Positions 61,362 to 64,000 of a stretch of DNA of 64,000 nt are shown here, in pieces. Source of the stretch: Escherichia coli (GTDB lineage Bacteria > Pseudomonadota > Gammaproteobacteria > Enterobacterales > Enterobacteriaceae); NCBI RefSeq assembly GCF_002854065.1, contig NZ_CP024147.1; one strand, given 5' to 3'. Each line of letters starts with the position of its first letter. Position 1 is the stretch's first letter. The notes beneath the pieces are model-generated. The model searched no databases. It was not told the origin of the DNA and worked only from the letters and a program-made list of their open reading frames with translations. A program made the position numbers and the translations under genes.

Positions 61362-62021
61362 ATGAGTGAATCCGCGTTTAAGGATTGCTTTTTAACGGAT
61401 GTTTCAGCCGATACGCGGCTGTTTCATTTTTTAGCGCGTGACTACATTGTGCAGGAAGGGCAACAGCCGTCCTGGCTGTTTTACCTGACGCGAGGCCGCG
61501 CCAGGCTTTACGCCACGCTAGCTAATGGTCGCGTGTCGCTGATCGATTTCTTTGCCGCCCCCTGTTTTATTGGCGAGATTGAGTTAATCGATAAAGACCA
61601 TGAACCACGTGCAGTACAGGCGATTGAAGAGTGTTGGTACCTTGCGCTCCCTATGAAACATTACCGTCCGCTGTTATTAAACGATACCCTATTTTTACGA
61701 AAGCTCTGCGTTTCTTTAAGCCATAAAAATTATCGCAATATTGTTTCTTTAACTCAGAATCAATCATTTCCGTTAGTGAACCGCCTGGCAGCTTTTATAT
61801 TACTCTCGCAGGAAGGTGATCTTTATCACGAAAAACATACCCAGGCAGCAGAGTATTTAGGCGTTTCTTATCGACATCTTTTATATGTTCTCGCGCAATT
61901 CATTCACGACGGTTTATTAATTAAAAGCAAGAAAGGGTATCTCATTAAAAACAGAAAGCAGTTGTCAGGACTGGCGCTGGAGATGGACCCGGAGAATAAA
62001 TTCTCCGGGATGATGCAGTAA
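61362..62021 (+). CDS. yeiL: CRP/FNR-family transcriptional regulator
   Basis: Translation [33 protein letters not shown]...; 219 aa after start trimming; C-terminal HTH. Confidence 0.85.
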   Translation: MSESAFKDCFLTDVSADTRLFHFLARDYIVQEGQQPSWLFYLTRGRARLYATLANGRVSLIDFFAAPCFIGEIELIDKDHEPRAVQAIEECWYLALPMKHYRPLLLNDTLFLRKLCVSLSHKNYRNIVSLTQNQSFPLVNRLAAFILLSQEGDLYHEKHTQAAEYLGVSYRHLLYVLAQFIHDGLLIKSKKGYLIKNRKQLSGLALEMDPENKFSGMMQ

Positions 62022-62039
62022 AAATTATTTGCAATAGCG

Positions 62040-62085
62040 CGATTGCCGGATGCAACGCTTAATAAGCGAGTACATCCGGCAATGA
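62040..62085. repeat. REP-like palindrome between yeiL and psuT
   Basis: gcgattgccggatgcaacgcttaataagcgagtacatccggcaatg contains inverted ccggatg / catccgg arms. Confidence 0.55.
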
Positions 62086-62088
62086 AAC

Positions 62089-63339
62089 TCAAGCTAAACC
62101 AATAAAGAACCCGGCAATGGTCGCGCTCATCAGGTTGGAAAGCGTTGCTGCTGCCAGCGCCCGTAAACCAAGCTGGGCGATTTCCGGAGCACGTTTTGGC
62201 GAAATAGCCGAAAATGCCCCAACGACAACACCGATAGAACCAAAGTTAGCAAAACCACAAAGCGCAAAGGAGATAATCGCAATGGTTTTCACTTCCAGCG
62301 TGCCGCCCGTTTGCAGGTATGGGGAGAAACTCAGGTAAGCGACGAATTCGTTAATCGCCAGTTTCTGCCCAATCAGGCTACCCGCAAGGTTGGCATCACT
62401 CCAGTCCACACCCATGATCCACGCCAGCGGTGCCAGCACATAGCCAAAAATACTTTCCAGAGAAGCATTGGCGAAGCCAAACCAGCCGCCAATTCCGCCG
62501 ATAATGCCATTGATCAGCGCAATAATTGCCACAAATGCCATTACCACCGTCGCCACACCAGCGGCGATTTTCAGCCCGGTCATCGCACCGCTCGCCGCCG
62601 CTTCGATAAAGCTTTTTGGCGGCGTTTCGCTGAACGACAGATTTTCAAATGTGACCTGCGAAGGCTCGGTTGCCGGGCTAAGAATACGTGCAAACAAAAT
62701 CCCGCCAGGGATCGCCATCAGCGATGCCGCTAACAGGTAGTCAATTGGTACGCCCATTCCGGCATAACCAATCATCATCGAACCCGCAATGGACGCCATC
62801 CCGCTACAAATTGCGGTAAACAACTCGTTGCGATTCATGCGATCGATAAACGGTTTAACGATCGCCGGGATCTCATTTTGCCCGAGGAAAATAGTGGTAA
62901 CCGCAACAAAAGATTCGATTTTGCTGATGTTGAGGGCTTTCTGGAAAATGCTACCAAGGATGCGAATCAGCAGCCCCATCACGCCAATGTAGTACAGCAG
63001 ACTAATGAGCGCAGTGACGAAGATAATCGCCGGGAGTACGCGAAAGGCGAAGATAAAACCCGCACCGTCAAAGAGGACATCCATTTTCGGCCCGACCAGC
63101 GAACCAAAAATGAAGGCGCTACCGGCATCACTGTAAGACATCACTTTATGAACGCCTAATGCCGCCTGTTCTACAGCCCACTTTCCCGGCGGAAAATAGA
63201 GCATGATGCCACCAATAGCAATTTGCAGCAGTAGTGCGGCTCCAACCGTACGCAAACTGATGCTCTTTTTATTCACTGACAACAGAAATGCTATTGCCAG
63301 TAACACCACCATCCCCACAACACTTCTCATTATGTCCAT
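62089..63339 (-). CDS. psuT: NupC-family pseudouridine/nucleoside transporter
   Basis: 416-aa polytopic ORF MDIMRSVVGMVVLLAIAFLLSVNKKSISLRTVGAALLLQIA...; immediately upstream of psuG. Confidence 0.9.
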   Translation of the reverse strand: MDIMRSVVGMVVLLAIAFLLSVNKKSISLRTVGAALLLQIAIGGIMLYFPPGKWAVEQAALGVHKVMSYSDAGSAFIFGSLVGPKMDVLFDGAGFIFAFRVLPAIIFVTALISLLYYIGVMGLLIRILGSIFQKALNISKIESFVAVTTIFLGQNEIPAIVKPFIDRMNRNELFTAICSGMASIAGSMMIGYAGMGVPIDYLLAASLMAIPGGILFARILSPATEPSQVTFENLSFSETPPKSFIEAAASGAMTGLKIAAGVATVVMAFVAIIALINGIIGGIGGWFGFANASLESIFGYVLAPLAWIMGVDWSDANLAGSLIGQKLAINEFVAYLSFSPYLQTGGTLEVKTIAIISFALCGFANFGSIGVVVGAFSAISPKRAPEIAQLGLRALAAATLSNLMSATIAGFFIGLA

Positions 63340-63432
63340 AATGATTTTCCCTTCATGCCAGTAAACCCGGCGTCAGCGCCAGGTTTTGGTATGTTTGATG
63401 AGTACGGGCGACGGCTTTCTGCCCGTCAGAAA

Positions 63433-64000
63433 TTAACCCGCGAGACGCTGGTATTCTTTGGCAATTTCACTCGCCAGAATGGCGTTGTTGAACACCAGTT
63501 GGATGTTGGATTTCAGGCTGTCACCGCCGGTCAGTTCAGCAACGCGCGCCAGCAGGAATGGCGTACTTTCTTTACCAATAACACCCTGCGCTTCAGCTTC
63601 AGCTACCGCCTGATCGATCGCCGCATTGATAGTGTGTTCCGGCATCGCAAACTGTTCCGGGATCGGGTTCGCTACCACGAGGCCACCGTTCAGCCCGCTT
63701 TGCCATTTCACCGCCATTGCACGGGCAATTTCGCTGGCGCTGTCGAGACGAATGCTGACGTCAAACGGGCTGGTGCGGCAGAAAAACGCAGGCAGCGCTT
63801 TAGTCTGATAGCCAATTAACGGCACACCGAAGGTTTCTAAATACTCAGTGGTTAATCCTAAATCGAGAATAGATTTCGCCCCGGCACAAACAACGGTGAC
63901 ATTAGTATTTGCCAGTTCTTGCAAATCGGCAGAAATATCGAAGGTATGTTCCGCCCCGCGATGCACACCACCAATTCCCCCGGTGGCAAATACTTTAATT
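63433..64000 (-). CDS. psuG: Pseudouridine-5'-phosphate glycosidase, 3' part only (gene continues beyond window end)
   Basis: Minus-strand frame open to the window end; C-terminal translation ...IGKESTPFLLARVAELTGGDSLKSNIQLVFNNAILASEIAKEYQRLAG recognised as PsuG/YeiN. Confidence 0.85.
   Translation of the reverse strand, partial: IKVFATGGIGGVHRGAEHTFDISADLQELANTNVTVVCAGAKSILDLGLTTEYLETFGVPLIGYQTKALPAFFCRTSPFDVSIRLDSASEIARAMAVKWQSGLNGGLVVANPIPEQFAMPEHTINAAIDQAVAEAEAQGVIGKESTPFLLARVAELTGGDSLKSNIQLVFNNAILASEIAKEYQRLAG

Overview
This window reads as a contiguous stretch of an Escherichia coli chromosome with K-12-like gene order: gatZ(partial)-gatY-fbaB-yegTUVWX-thiDM-rcnRAB-[IS1]-mrp-metG-[IS1]-yehRS-btsRS-mlrA-yohO-yehWXY-osmF-bglX-dld-pbpG-yohCDF-mdtQ-yohP-dusC-yohJK-cdd-sanA-yeiS-preTA-mglCAB-galS-yeiB-folE-yeiG-cirA-lysP-yeiE-yeiH-nfo-yeiI-nupX-rihB-yeiL-psuT-psuG(partial). 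Nearly every long ORF is assignable to a known E. coli gene; assignments are from reading the supplied translations and recalled protein sequences and lengths, and no database search was run. Starts were trimmed where the ORF track's first Met gave a protein longer than the recalled one. The main structural departure from the K-12 order is two near-identical 768-bp IS1 copies in direct orientation bracketing mrp-metG, each lacking target-site duplications and each abutting a truncated gene remnant (yehA-like 3' end; yehQ-position 3' end). That pattern indicates IS1-associated deletion of the yeh fimbrial operon and of the molR/yehI-yehQ block. I see no CRISPR array, tRNA/rRNA gene, prophage or integrase, and I do not find convincing evidence of a novel multi-gene system. 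The items most worth a second look are a GC-rich hairpin-rich element between yohP and dusC with an unannotated 27-codon ORF whose Shine-Dalgarno lies inside a stem, an apparently intact mdtQ, the poorly characterised yegTUVWX and yeiI loci, and a possible cirA length variant.
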